64,000 bases of DNA. Origin: Felis catus (Eukaryota). The notes below the pieces were generated by a model. That model made no database searches. It saw nothing but the letters and a program-made list of their open reading frames with translations, and was not told the origin of the DNA. Position numbers and translations under genes: made by a program. The stretch's first letter is position 1, and each line of letters opens with the position of its first letter. The stretch is from the NCBI RefSeq assembly GCF_018350175.1, contig NC_058368.1, positions 216,940,001 to 217,004,000 of the forward strand, given 5' to 3'. Positions 38,015-51,075 of the stretch are shown one piece after another.

Positions 38015-39735
38015 TGACCGATTGCCTTGACTAGAACCTCCAGTATAATGTTAAGTAGAAGTGGTGAGAATATGTTTCTCTGTCTTTTTCTTGATCTCAG
38101 AGGACACATTTCCAGTCTTTTAACATTAAGATGGTGATAGCTGCAGTTGAGACATCCTTTAGAGTTCAAAGAAGTTTCCTCCTATCTCTAGCATGTTGAG
38201 TATTTTCATTGTGTTGTTTGATATTGTCAAATACATTTCTATTGAGATGATGATGTGGTTTTTGCCCTTTTTCCAACTTATATGGTTCATGCACAGATTG
38301 ATTTTGATATGTTAAGCCAATATTGCATTTTGTGGCTAAATCCCGCTTTGATCATGAAATATAATCATTTTATCTGTTGCTGAATTTGATTGCTATTATG
38401 TTGATCAATATATAATGTTGGTCTGTAGTTTTCTTTTCTTGCTATATTTTTGTCTGCTTTTGTTATCAGGGTAATTCTAGCTTCATTGAATGAGTTGGGA
38501 AGTGTGTCCCACCCCCAGCCTTTCTATTTTTATGGAGGAATGTATAAATAATTGATATTAATTCTCCTTTAACATTTGGTAGAATTTACCAAGGAAGCCA
38601 CCTGGGCTTTGTCCTTTGGATTAGTAATTCAATGACTTTACTTGTTATAGGTATATTCAGATTTTACATTTCTTCCTGAATTATTTTTGGTAGTTTGTGT
38701 CTTCTACAAAATATTTCAGTACATCTGAGATATCTATTTTGTTGGGACAAAATTTTTTATTTATTAATTTCTATAATGTGAGTAGTAATGAGCCTACTTC
38801 TTTCCTGGTTTTAGTAATTTCAGTCTTCTCTTCATTCTGTTTGCTTAGGTTTAGTTTTTTAGTTTTTTTAGTGTTTTGGGTTTTTTTTTTCCTTATTTAA
38901 GTTTCTTATGTTGTAAGGTTAGGTTATTAATTTTATGCCTTTCTTTTTTTTTAACATAAGCATGTATAGTTATTTATTTCCCTCAGAGCATTTTTCAGCT
39001 ACAGTCCAGAATTTTGCAAATGTTGTGATTTTGTTTTCATTTATGTCAAAGTATTTCTAATTTCCTTTGTGATTTTTTCAATGATTCATTGATTATTTAA
39101 TAGTCTCTTATTTAATTTACACATATTCTTGAATCCCAAATTTCCTTCTGTTGTTTTAATTTTAATTTCATTCTTTATGGTATGAGAACATATATTGTAT
39201 GATTTTAATTTTTTAAATTGAGACTTTTTTGTGGCCTAATATATGATCTTTCCTGGACTTGTTTCCATGTGCACTTCAGACTAATGTGTATTAGGTTAAT
39301 GATAGGGATGTTCCCGATAAGCTACACAATTATGTATTTTTAAAGATCCATCTACGAGCAGACGATGCAAAGATGCCTAAATAAAATAAACTTTACAAAG
39401 GCATACATGGTTTATACTGCTCACTTCATTACTCAACATAAAATGGAAGCCAGTAAGGAGAAAGCAGTCCAAATTTTAATAAATTTCTAATGGCTGATAT
39501 AGTTTGGAATGATGGATTTGATGCTCATGAAATGGTGTCTGCTCCTTTTCTGCTAGAGCTTTATTAGCTGCATGCCTAGTGCACCTGAGGACTGAGTCAC
39601 TGCCAGGGGGCTGAGTAGGTTCCCTAAAGGAAAATATAGTGTTCACCACAGGCAAGGCAGCAACCTGCCAACGGGAGGGAAATGGAAGGACAGCCAAGAG
39701 AGATTCTCAAAAAGAACACATTCACTCAAAACTAC

Positions 39736-39760
39736 ATACACACACACACACACACACAAC
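39736..39760. repeat. (CA)n microsatellite
   Basis: Tandem units seen directly. Confidence 0.9.
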
Positions 39761-40107
39761 AACAACATAGTGACCTGACACTGGATGAAGCAGTCCCTAT
39801 TGGGGAGGGGGGGTGGGGTTAAAATGACATATTTCAGTCTTTACAGTCCTTACTCTACTCTAAGACAAGTAGAAGAGGATATAATAAGTAGGATTTATTT
39901 TTAAAATGTCACCTATGGTACAAAAGGAATTTTGCCTTCAAATGTTGGCCCCTCAAATATAAAAGTATTCTATTTTATTTATTGCCGGCAACTCAGGTGA
40001 CCTTTCACATTTTAATTCAATCAATACTCTTGTGTTATTTCACTGATTTTTAATTTGAAACAACAAGCCTTCTCATTAGGGATGGAGAGGAAGTTGGAAA
40101 CTTAAAA

Positions 40108-40108
<1 letters not shown>

Positions 40109-40142
<34 letters not shown>
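40109..40142. repeat. (AC)n microsatellite
   Basis: Tandem units seen directly. Confidence 0.95.
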
Positions 40143-40145
<3 letters not shown>

Positions 40146-40305
40146 AATTAGTTTGGTAAATAAGTTATCTATTTACTAATGTTCTTTAAATACCATTTCA
40201 TATGGATATTTTACCACAGAATTGAATATATCCAGTAACCAATAATTGGAAATGTATTTTTAAAATTATACTGTGAAGTATTTTGCTTTTAAGCAGATTA
40301 ATATA

Positions 40306-40528
40306 TTTTTAAAAAAATTTTTAAATGTTTATTCATTTTTGACAGAGAGAGAGAGACAGAGCATGAGCAGGGGAGGGGCAGAGAGAGAGGGACACACAGA
40401 CTCCGAAGCAGGCTCCAGGCTCTGACCTGTCATCATAAAGCCTGACGCGGGGCTTGAACTCACAGACCGTGAGATCATGACCTAAGCCAAAGTCAGACGC
40501 TCAACCGACTGAGCCACGCAGGTGCCCC
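40306..40528 (-). mobile_element. CanSINE
   Basis: Full-length; TSD agattaatatattttt. Confidence 0.96.
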
Positions 40529-40547
40529 AGATTAATATATTTTTGAA

Positions 40548-40580
<33 letters not shown>

Positions 40581-40598
40581 TATACATACATATATATA
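40548..40598. repeat. Compound (TA)n/(CA)n microsatellite
   Basis: Tandem units seen directly, in the tail region of the next SINE. Confidence 0.9.
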
Positions 40599-40599
40599 A

Positions 40600-40827
40600 A
40601 TGTCTATTTATTTATTGAGAGAGAGAGAGAGAGTATGTGTGTGTGTGAGAGGGTTAGGGACAGATGATATAGGTAGAGAGACCAAGCAGGATCCATGCTC
40701 AGCATGGAGCCCAATGAATGCAGGGCTTGATCTCATGGGCTTAATCCCCTGACCGTGAGATCATGACTTCAGCAAAATCAAGAGTCGGGTGCTGGGCACT
40801 CAACCAACTGAGCCACCCAGGTGCCCC
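40600..40827 (-). mobile_element. CanSINE, older and diverged
   Basis: ccgtgagatcatgac..caaccaactgagccacccaggtgcccc. Confidence 0.9.
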
Positions 40828-41353
40828 CCAAATTGTATGTTCCTAAAATAAAATATTAATCAGTGCATTTAAATTAGTTCATCTTGGTGTTAAGATAGTA
40901 TTACTGGCTCTAATTTTAAAGGCAAACCAAAAAATATACAGTTGTCAATTTTTATATCTGCAACCTACCTTTTTTTTTCTTCTGGCAAAAATGCAACTTG
41001 TGTTAAATTCTATCTTTTCCTAATTTTTTCGACTTTATACCAAATTTGGCTTCAGACAATAGTAGAGCCTATCTTACCCAGGAATATTATTGGTATATAG
41101 AGGCAATGACGACTATCTTCAATTTATGTGTTTATTTTCATAGGAGAGAAGGTATATTTGCTTGCAGGTCCCACCAAAGCATAGTAAGAGCCCGCCCCTA
41201 AGTACTGCCCATTCTGATCTTATCAGAAAGGGACATTTCCTGGCCTCATTGTGATTAAATCCTAACCCACAGACAGCACTCCATGGTTACCGGACATTGT
41301 CTCCACAGTGAGCCTTTGTGGATCGCTAGTTTGGTGGTTGAAACTTGTCTTTT

Positions 41354-41583
41354 GGAACGCCTGGGTGGTGCAGTCGGTTAAGCGTCCGACTTCAGCCAGG
41401 TCACGATCTCGCAGTCCGTGAGTTCGAGCCCTGCGTCGGGCTCTGGGCTGATGGCTCAGAGCCTGGAGCCTGTTTCCGATTCTGTGTCTCCCTCTCTCTC
41501 TGCCCCTCCCCTGTTCATGCTGTGTTTCTCTCTGTCTCAAAAATAAATAAACGTTGAAAAAAAAAATTAAAAAAAAAAAAAAA
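41354..41583 (+). mobile_element. CanSINE, young subtype
   Basis: Perfect 14-bp TSD gaaacttgtctttt at 41340-41353 and 41584-41597; long A-tail; many CpGs kept. Confidence 0.97.
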
Positions 41584-42111
41584 GAAACTTGTCTTTTAAG
41601 AACTCTGTTTGGCTGATCCATCAAGTCCCAATCCAATGCAGGTGATCTGAACCAGAATTCCTGTGAATTTCTCCATTTCAAATAAGAAAGTTGACATTTT
41701 TTTTCCCTGGATTGAAAAGGTTTTGATTTGCTCCATGGAAGAGGACCTTGGATAAACAAGAGAGACCTCCGGACGTGTTCAGACTATATCTAATGATTGT
41801 ACTTTTTTTTTTTAATATCAAGAACTCATTCAAATGAAAAATTGTGTCTACTATTTTCCCCCCATAAGTTAAAAACTACGTGTCTTGGGTTGTAATTTTA
41901 CATCCTGTTGGATGTTAGAAATTTTACGTCTCCGTTTTCATAGATCTCTCACTCCATCCACATTTTCAGGAAAAAATAAATGTTAGAAGAACTGGGCAGT
42001 TGGCTGTAACTGAAAACTTTAAGAAAACAAATTGATCTTTTCAGTTTATGAGCCTGGAGGTTTCTCACTAGACTTGTTTTAATTTCCTGGTAAGCTGGAA
42101 CTGATTGGTTT

Positions 42112-42272
42112 AACATGGTGAATCTCAGCTTATTAAAATCATTTCAGTTGCTTTTCAAAACTACCCAATTCACTGGATCCTACCTCAGGGTGATTAAATC
42201 AGGGTCTCTGGGAGCAGGGATGAGACACTCTAATGTGATTCCCAGGCCAGGCCCAGCTTGATGACTACAAAC
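42112..42272. mobile_element. MER5-type MITE relic
   Basis: attaaaatcattt..attaaatcagggtctctggg. Confidence 0.45.
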
Positions 42273-44412
42273 CAAAGTACAAAAACACTCTGAAGTAGCA
42301 TCTCTTGTTGAGAACTATTTTGTTCTTATTTTCGGCATATACTTCCGAGTAAAACTAATCATATTAGGGGACCTAACGGTAGTGAAAGTACTGGATACCT
42401 TTCGTGCAGTTAATCGGTTTAGGTGCAGATGTATCAAATTGCATTTTAAAATAAGTAATGGCCCTGAGTGAAAGCATATAGTACAATTGCAAAATATTTG
42501 AAATTGCATTTCTAGTTAGGGAACCAGCATTGTATATTACCTCATAGTTATTCCATACCGAGTGCAAGCTGTGGTGTATTATTGTAAATCAAATAAAAAG
42601 TGGTTACAGGTTATACTTTTATAAACTTGTGGAGATTTCTGTTAGGAAGACTATAAGATTGAAGCCCTTACTGACTTTACTTCAGGCTTTGCTTTTGTGG
42701 TAAGAAAGTCACAATAAGCCAAAGAGCTAAAGTTTAATAGAAAGCTCTGGATGGTGATGCTTGTAAAAGACTTTAATATTCATGGAAGAGTCAGGGTTGG
42801 TTGAAACTGTTTTTTGAGGGATCAGATGGCAGTCTCCACTGGGTCATCCTACGTCCTTTCTCACTTTGTAAATCAAAATCATCTGAAGGGCTGTGTATCA
42901 AAAATCCTTGAGTCAAGGTCATGGCATATAGTGCTACCTTTGTTGTTACTTTACTATACTCTCATATTTAACTGACTTAGGTAAAGTGATACAATGAAAG
43001 CATTTAACTGGTGTAATTAAATAGATATTTTCCACAACAGCAGAAAATAATATGCAGGTTGTATTATTCTGACCCTTTAAGAACTGATTTTACTGAATTT
43101 TAACCAAAAGTCAGTTTTAAGAGTGGTATAATTTTCTTTCTCTATGGAGCTATCTTGATTTCATTATCATCATGAATTACTGATCTGACAATGCCATCTT
43201 CTTTTCATTAACTTCGAGACTGGTTTGAGATCATGTCTATCTTTACACTAGTAACATTGTTGGTAAAGTGGCTTTGACCAAAGCATGCCCTTTGACCAAA
43301 GCATGATCTTCTGGCTTTGTCTTTCTCACTGATGTTTTCCCTTTAAGCCATTTATCTTCAAAATCATGTTTTCAATATTTCCTTTTGTACTATGTGTATT
43401 TAAGTCGCTTTATATCCTTTGTGAAACAAGGTGAGACATCTATAAATAAACAAAAGCCTCACAAACACAAGATATAAATTAAAGATCTTGAGAAGAAACA
43501 TATTGATTGGCATTTCCACCTCAAAATAATAAATACTTGACAAAAGGGAACCGAAGCCCATCCTTTTTTTCTTCCCTCCTTAGAAATTAGTCTGTCAATA
43601 AGCATCGCAGAGATTTTGCTGGGGTCCAAATCCTACGTGGATATTTACATTTGCGAGGCACAGCTATTATCAACTTGTCTCCAGTTGCAAAAATACCCAT
43701 GTATGTTGTATACGTACATTTCAATAATTAATTGGATGTGCAATTGAATTTGATCTGTGAAAAATTTAAAAGCCTCCATCCTTGGGAAAGTTATCTAGTT
43801 TCAATGTTGTATTTAGGAAGGTGACAGCGATCTGAGAGTCAGTGAATCAAGTCAAATGGCTAAGGACGCTGAAAATAATGGAAAGAGCAACAGAAGGAAA
43901 AATGATTTTTCCCTCAGCACAACAATTTAAATAAATTGAATACACTATCAGAAAGGCAGTGTGCTATTTTCAGGAGTTAGAAATTGTCAGAACAGCCCTT
44001 TCTAGATTTGCTTCAAGCTGCTGGCAGTCTCATTCCATTCACCCATTAGGCTGAGGATGAAAAGCAAGCCAGGTGGCTTATGTATGCATTCAAAAACAAA
44101 ATTGTTTTATCCAAATGTGAGAATGGACAAGAAGCGAAAATAGTTCTGTGATCTGCAAATGAGAATGGGACTTCTTTCAAAAAGATTTCTCACGTTGAAA
44201 AAATCTTGAAGTGTAGAAGAAATTTCTGCTGGCAAACAACGAAACTTGCTCATTTTGGCAGGAAAGGGGCCAACTTTGCCGCATTGCCTTTTCCAGCTTT
44301 TGAAGCCTGAGGCATAGCGTATTAAAAAAGAAAGCACAAAGAAGTAACATTTGAAATCCTTGCTAATTAAATGGGAGTCAACATTACAACCACTTTAAAA
44401 TAAAGATATATT

Positions 44413-44630
44413 GGGGTGTCTGGGTGGCTCAGTCTGTTGAGTGTCTGACTTCAGCTCAGGTCATGATCTCATGGTTCGTGGGTTCAAGCCCCACATCGGG
44501 CTCCGTGCTGTCAGCTCGGAACTGCTTTGGATCCTCTGTTCCTCTCTTTCTCTGCCCCTGCCCCAATCATACATACATGCACGCTCTCTCTCTCTCTCCC
44601 TCTCAAAAATAAACATTAAAACAACCTTAA
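44413..44630 (+). mobile_element. CanSINE
   Basis: Full-length; TSD aataaagatatatt. Confidence 0.95.
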
Positions 44631-45254
44631 GAATAAAGATATATTTACTGCTACCAATAGCCAAAACTATGAAAAGAAGATGAAATGTGGAATTACTGAG
44701 CATGAATATGTACACTATCGATGAGGTTAAAACATGCAAATATATGTGATTTATTTAGATACATAGATAACAATTTTTCATCTGGAAGTCATTCCTTTCC
44801 TTCACAATGTTACCAAGTAAGAAAATGCCAACTACCCGGATTTTAGGAGACCGCTTGAGAACACATTTTATTTAGAAGCCTGTGTTTGTCACAGCATTAA
44901 CAAGATGGAACAAAATTAACAAAATTGTGATGTCTTCCTTTCGCCATATTTATAAAATGCTTGGTTGAATAGGACAAAGTGACAATTAGGGAGCAAACAA
45001 GTTCTGATTCCTAACTCATCAAACTCCTAAAATGAGCAGCTCTTACCCACAATTTGTAGCCCTCCCACTGCCTTCTCCATTACACTCTTCAGACAGAAAT
45101 GATCATGCCATGCCCTACAGGGAGTGTTAGGACATAATAACGTGTGGGAATTTGTAAAGTAAAAAAAAAAAAGTATGCAAAACAAGAAAAAAGGGTGAGG
45201 AGAGATCAGAGGACTTGCAAAGGAGAAATAATTTGTTCAGCTCCCAATTAAAAA

Positions 45255-45476
45255 TGAAATTTTTTAACATTTAATCATTTTTTGAGAGACCCAGAAATAG
45301 TGGGGGAGGGGCAGAGAGAGAGAGAGACACAGAATCTGAAGAAGGCTCCAGGCTCTGAACTGACAGCATAGAGCTCAAGCCACGGCTTGAACCCACGGGC
45401 CTTGAACCCACGGACCATGAGACCATGACCTAGACCAAAATACGATGCTCAACTGACTGAGCCACCCAGGTGCCCC
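45255..45476 (-). mobile_element. CanSINE
   Basis: Antisense body with a small internal duplication (cttgaacccacgg twice). Confidence 0.93.
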
Positions 45477-46533
45477 ATTCTGCTCCCAGTTTTAGCCCTG
45501 CAAATGTAATAACCCATAAACATTTGGCATTACAGCTCAGATTTTAAGCATCACTTTTGAAGGGGAGGGAAAATATCACAGGATGTATTTCAAATATTAA
45601 CATATTTATTTCACAGTTGTGGAAACAAGTTAAGTCACTGAACAGTTCTTTAAAAGAACGAAGTTAAACACTAGGGTCAGAGGTCTTAGCACTTTTGTTT
45701 GCCAGAAAGTTAAATAGTAAGTCATAGGTATGAATGTGGCTCAGGACTGCATTGTGTGATACATAGTGAAATTTTTCTTTTGCCACTCTGCCTTTTCATC
45801 TGTCTGCCCATGTGTCTTTTGTCAAAATAATGCAATACTAAATTCCTGATATTGAACTGTTGAAAATTTCTACCTCCGAGTCTATTAAAGCATGTTACAG
45901 AAAGGTATCTCTATCTTAATTAGCACCAAGTCATGGAGGGGTGAACCCTATATGTCTCTATGCTCTTTCAATGTCATTAAAAAGGACTTGAACTTTTTGG
46001 TGAGGCTGGAAACTGATGAGTTTAACAGCCAGCATCCCTGGGGTTGCCATTTAACTATTCCCCTTTAGATTTCTTCTAGGACACAACTGGGAATCAGAAT
46101 TCAGTCATCACAGCTGATGAGAATCACAGTCTTTAGAATTTCTCCAAATATCCAGGATTTCTGTCTTGATAGTAAATTCTTCCAACCCTCTGATACTCTT
46201 CAACCGCTCTAGACCAGTATTCATTATTCCTTCACTGAACTGGACATTCATGAAACAAAACATTCATTTAACTTGAGCTTCTTCAAACTCTCAGAGACAA
46301 AGAATTACAAACTCTAGCTTCTTGTTTAGACAAGGATGAGAAAAATCATAAAGAGGCCAATAATGACTTAATATTTTATTATGTGAACCTGCCACAAATA
46401 TTTTATATTTTGAAAATAAACTTTCATCTAAGAGACAAAAATCACCAAATTTCATGTTCAAAATTCCAGAGAATTGTTCTTACGGAACGTGAAGATGCAT
46501 ATAATTCTATTCAGTTTACTTTATTAAAGTCAT

Positions 46534-46748
46534 TATTTTAATTTTTTTTAAGGTTTATTCATTTTTCAGAGACAGAGACAGAGCATGAGGGGGGAATGGG
46601 CAGAGAGAGAGGGAGACACAGCATCTGAAGCACACTCCAGGTTTTCAACTGTTAACACAGAGCCCAACGCCAGGTTCAAACTCATGGACCGTGAGAACAT
46701 GACCTGAGCCGAAGTCGGACGCTTAACCGACTGAGCCCCCCAGGCGCC
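46534..46748 (-). mobile_element. CanSINE
   Basis: Antisense body gacctgagccgaagtcggacgcttaaccgactgagcc. Confidence 0.94.
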
Positions 46749-47447
46749 CTTACAATCTTTATTTTAGAGATTTCATGAGGAAGAGGAACTTAACAAAGTC
46801 ATTGAACAACATGAGTGATAGAACATGGGCCAGAGTGAAGTCTCTGGTTCACACCCATTTCTTTTTATTTCAACTTTACCACTTTAAGCAGAAATATAGT
46901 AGCATACCCGTACACACATGGAATCACCATGCATAACTGTTCTATATGATGTTACAAACACATGTCTATACACTACTCCATAGTAAAAAGCACTGCATTC
47001 AGTGGCAAATGGAAACCTGTTCAAAGTATTGTTTATCTGATTGCAGAGATCAAAACACTCCGGACTAGTTCTTAGCAGCATATGTATATGTTGGACACTT
47101 CTCAAATAAGGAGGAATAATTCAAGGTCCGAGTGAATGTGGGCTTATTTCCACTCTTGGCTGTCATTTTTTACTGTATCACAAAAACAGATTGTGACTAG
47201 TTATGCATGAAAAATAGAGTATGAAAAAAAAGTATTTGTATAAAACAAAAATATATGTTTTATAAGTATTACTCTTATATAATGGTCATTGCATAAAGTT
47301 AAAATATCCATACTTTCCAGTTTACTACAATGAATGTGTAGATATGAGGCCATAAAATAAACTAATCAAAATCAGCATCATCTTTTCCAGATAGTTTTGA
47401 TTATTTTGTTGCCTCCCCTGCCTTGTGTGTGTGATTGAAAGTTTTTT

Positions 47448-47775
47448 TGTTGGTTTTAAATTAATTAAAAAAGGAAGCCATTAGGCTGAGGTGCTTCTAA
47501 TGCTGCAGGAATCTATGTTAGCAAACCAAAATCTAAGCTTCTAAATGCCTCAAGGTTATGAAATTGAAACCTAAAGACAACGGATTACAAACACCCAACT
47601 TATAGCCAATCAATCTTCTTCCTTTGCCTCTGCTTTTCTCTATTAAAGTCCGTCCCAGAGCTCCCGTCCTGGGAGCCCTCCTAACCACTTGTGGTTTGGA
47701 GTTGCTCAGTTCCAACTGGTATTTGCTCAAATTGAACTCTTAAAATTTTTAATATGCCTCAGTTTGTATTTAACA
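47448..47775 (+). mobile_element. ERV1-type solo LTR
   Basis: TG..CA ends (tgttggttttaaa..tatttaaca), agccaatc, U5-like tttgctcaaattgaactcttaaaatttttaatatgcctcag. Confidence 0.65.
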
Positions 47776-49661
47776 GTTCTCAGGGAAAGGTCTATGAGTC
47801 AGTATGTTTCATAAAGAATAACTTTTCTCTTTGAAAATTTCAGCCCATTATATTTTATGTTGGTTTTAAAAGTTATGATTTTTCATGTGCTGGCAAATTT
47901 TAAATGTATGTGTGAAATATCAAGAAAATGAAAATCATATTTCATTGAATTTGCATTCAAAAGCATTCCTTTGATAATATTATTAATTGAAAAGAATTAT
48001 TTATGGAAAATGTTCCAGAATATCCTGATTATAATTTAGATCAATTGTTTAGTTTGATGGGAAGGTGAAAAATGCAGCTGTGTGACTGTTTTCAGGCAGA
48101 TCTATAAGGAGATAAATCCTCAGTAACATATTTATTTCTAGCAGCATTTCTATTGTCAGTGACTAAAAAAAAAAAAAAGCTACAAGTGAAGACGTAAATA
48201 GAAGTAATAATCAGATGAGTTTGGTGTAGTGACAAAAAAAAAATCAACAGTTAATGATGTCAGTTTATAGTTATGCCATCAGGGAAAAAAGTAATGAGTC
48301 TCATTGGAATTAATTCTGCCCAATTACTATGTATAGGCCTTTATGATAGAATAGAGATGACATATTATTTATCATGGTTCCGTTTTTTGGTGATAAGAAT
48401 GTTCACTGAAAAGTGATTTTTAATTTTCGAGGCCATTTAATTTGCTGCCCTTAGATTTAGTCTATGGATTGCCAGATCAGCCTCTAGCCCTTCCAGCAGT
48501 TAAGGGATTTACTACTCTGAAAGTTTGGCCCTATCAGCCACAGAGTTAATAAAAGAGTGTTTTGTATGCTCTAGGCTTTTATTTCATTAACTGCTTCTTT
48601 CTGAAGTCTATGGCACTGCAGGATCTAGAAATAAAGAAGCATCAAGGTATTCAAGTAAAAGTAGAAGTCACTCATAAGAGAAGGAAATGTAGACCTTATT
48701 TTTTTTCCCCAATGATCACCCAAAACAAACCGTACTCCACAAGCAGCTATCATAAAAATCCTTAACAATCTCATTAAACACATTTGAAGGACATTAAAAA
48801 CATAGTTAATTAGGTATTATCTGCCTTGAGAAAAGTAGAGAGGAAGGATTTCCTTCATTTCTATCAGAACATTCTTTTTATTAATCATGTTCGCGTTTGA
48901 ACATGTTAATGAAAATCTCTTAAACTGGTTCACTGAAGACAATTGGACAGTACTTTCAAAAGACAGCTATTGGGATGTAACTGATCCTTTCACGTATCAC
49001 TCCATCCTTACATTCAACTGGTCAACAACGTGTTCAAATGTTTCCTTTAAACTGGTTCCTTTTCATCAACTTCACTGACATTGTCAGTCATCAGGCACTA
49101 CCAGATTACATTCATGGGCTAATTGACCTCATTGTCCCTAGTTGTCCCCCACTTCTGTCCATTCTCCATGCAATTAACTTCCTGAAGTTGAAATCATATC
49201 ATGCAATTCTTCCTCTTGAAAATGGCCAAGTCACCTTGAAAAGGGTCAGCTGCTCTCATCTAAAGGAAACTACTAAATACAATGTCTAGAATCTCTGCCT
49301 CTACAGTGTCTATGGGTCTCTTTATCTCTATGTATCATCCTTCCAAAGTGGTTCTAACCAGAATCAATTGCTTTTCCTTCACAGTTGACATAGTATTGCA
49401 TGTCTTTCCAATTTTTAATTTCTGTGTTTGAAAGTCTTTACTCGTATTCTATTCATTCTTTAAGATCCAGTTCAAATGTTGCCTACTGGATGCAGCACTT
49501 CATAAAAACTAAATGCAATTTTTAAAAATGTCATTTTCTAGGACATCTAAAAAGGACATTGTAGGAAACTAATAGAGATTTGTATAATTTAGGAGTAAAT
49601 TCCACCTTATTTTATGATCCTTTCTTCTATAAGTCATCTTTCCTTTAAAGTAGTGACTTTT

Positions 49662-50115
49662 GTTGAGGACCAAGAATTCCTACCCCCTTAAAGGTACAGA
49701 ATTCTAGATGGACTAGGAATCAAATTGACATGAGACAGATTAACAAGAGAAAATCAAATTTATAGGCATATATACAGAAAATCCACACAGACATGGAAAT
49801 TCTAAAGTCAGGCAAAAATGAGATGTATATGTAATTCTGAACTAAGGAAAGGAAAGTACTTCATAGGGTGATAAGAAAAACAGATGCTTGGTATATTAGA
49901 TGTTTGTCCTACCAGAAAGATGGGTCACTCTTTATGACCCAATTTTAACAGAGATAAAGTTTATCTCTGTTAATAACCCTTATTCTGGGAAAGAATCCCA
50001 ATTTAGATTCTTCTGTGTACTTAAGGGAGGGGCAAAAATTTCTCTTGAGCCTTCAGGGTCTCAAGCACCTTCAGCTCAAAATAATTCTCAGGCCAAAGTG
50101 GCACATTCCGGGGGG
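49662..50115 (-). mobile_element. ERV1 LTR (MER34-like)
   Basis: Reverse complement has aatgtgccactttggcctgagaattattttgagctgaagg and cttgttaatctgtctcatgtcaattt. Confidence 0.75.
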
Positions 50116-50119
50116 GAGA

Positions 50120-50255
50120 CAAAGTCTGGAGATGGCTTCAGTGTAAAACTGGGGAAAACTACTCCTATCTAGTAGACAGAGGGCAGAGATACTGCTAAAC
50201 ATCCTATAATGCTTGAGAAAACACCCTGTAGCTAAGAACTATCTTTCCCCAAATC
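50120..50255. mobile_element. MER20-like MITE fragment
   Basis: atctagtagacagagggcagagatactgctaaacatcctataatgc. Confidence 0.65.
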
Positions 50256-50278
50256 ACATTTAGACACTCTATTTTTCA

Positions 50279-50431
50279 GGAGTGCCTGGGCGACTTAATA
50301 TGTTAAGTGACAGAATCGGTTTCGGCTTGTGAGTTTGAGCCCCACATTGAGCTCTGTACTGCCTCTACTGGTGTGGAGTCTGCTTGAGATTCTCTCTCTT
50401 TCTCTCTCTTTCTACCCCACCCCACTGCTTG

Positions 50432-50464
<33 letters not shown>

Positions 50465-50492
50465 AAAATAAATAAGTAAACTTAAAAAAAAA
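50279..50492 (+). mobile_element. CanSINE, diverged head
   Basis: gtgagtttgagcccca..gagtctgcttgagattct, (CT)n, A-tail. Confidence 0.88.
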
Positions 50493-50504
50493 ATGTAGGC
50501 CAAA

Positions 50505-51075
50505 CTCTTTAGAAGACCTTCCAAAGGATTCCTCTCTCAGTCTGAGTAAAAGCCAATGACCTTAAAGTTAATTGCCTACAATGTCCCACAATATGTGTGC
50601 CCTTGCTATTTCTCTGATCTCATCCCCTCTTGCAACATGCCACTGTTTTCCAGCAATAGTGGCCTCCTTGGAGTATGTAAAACAAATTCCTATATTGGGG
50701 CCTTAGCATGTGCTTATCTCTGTCCTCGGAATAGGGTTTGAACAAATGTTTCTATGACATGTCCATTAACTTCTTTTAGGTGTCTGTTCAATATTGCCTT
50801 AATTGTGAGGCCTTCTGTGACTATCATTTATAAAGTATGACCACCCTATACCAGACATATACATATACAGCTAGCTTTTCCTATTCCCTTTTTCTGATCT
50901 GCTTTTCTGCATAACTTCTGACTTCATACATGTACATACATGTACATGTTACTTTCCCTTTACAATAGAAGTTCAACGAGGTTAGAAACCACTGTTTTCT
51001 ACTTTGTTTACTTCCTGAAAACATAGGAGAATGCTTGGAACAGAAATAGATATTCAATAAGTATTTGTGATGGGA
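50505..51075. mobile_element. L2 relic
   Basis: agtaaaagcca..tatttctctgatctcatc..gtgaggccttct..attcaataagtatttg. Confidence 0.65.

Larger units (their letters stand above)
35820..39300 (-). mobile_element. Long decayed L1 (about 3.5 kb of ORF2 and 3' end) with two nested SINEs
   Basis: ORF 37786-38169 has SPLLLNIILEVL..GIQIGKKDIKLYLFIDDMISYVEN (L1 RT); ORF 35878-36138 resembles the ORF2 C-terminus. Confidence 0.88.

Noticed and set aside
5603..38169. ORFs with real protein homology (5603-5836, 27699-27932, 28373-28585, 35878-36138, 37786-38169)
   Set aside because: They are fragments of L1 ORF2p in truncated, decayed elements, not host genes or active L1s
44107..44337. 76-aa minus-strand ORF in unique sequence
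   Set aside because: No convincing splice sites or recognisable homology; length is within chance range
48887..49078. Trp-rich 63-aa plus-strand ORF
   Set aside because: Short, no promoter or splice support, and it runs into L2-like sequence
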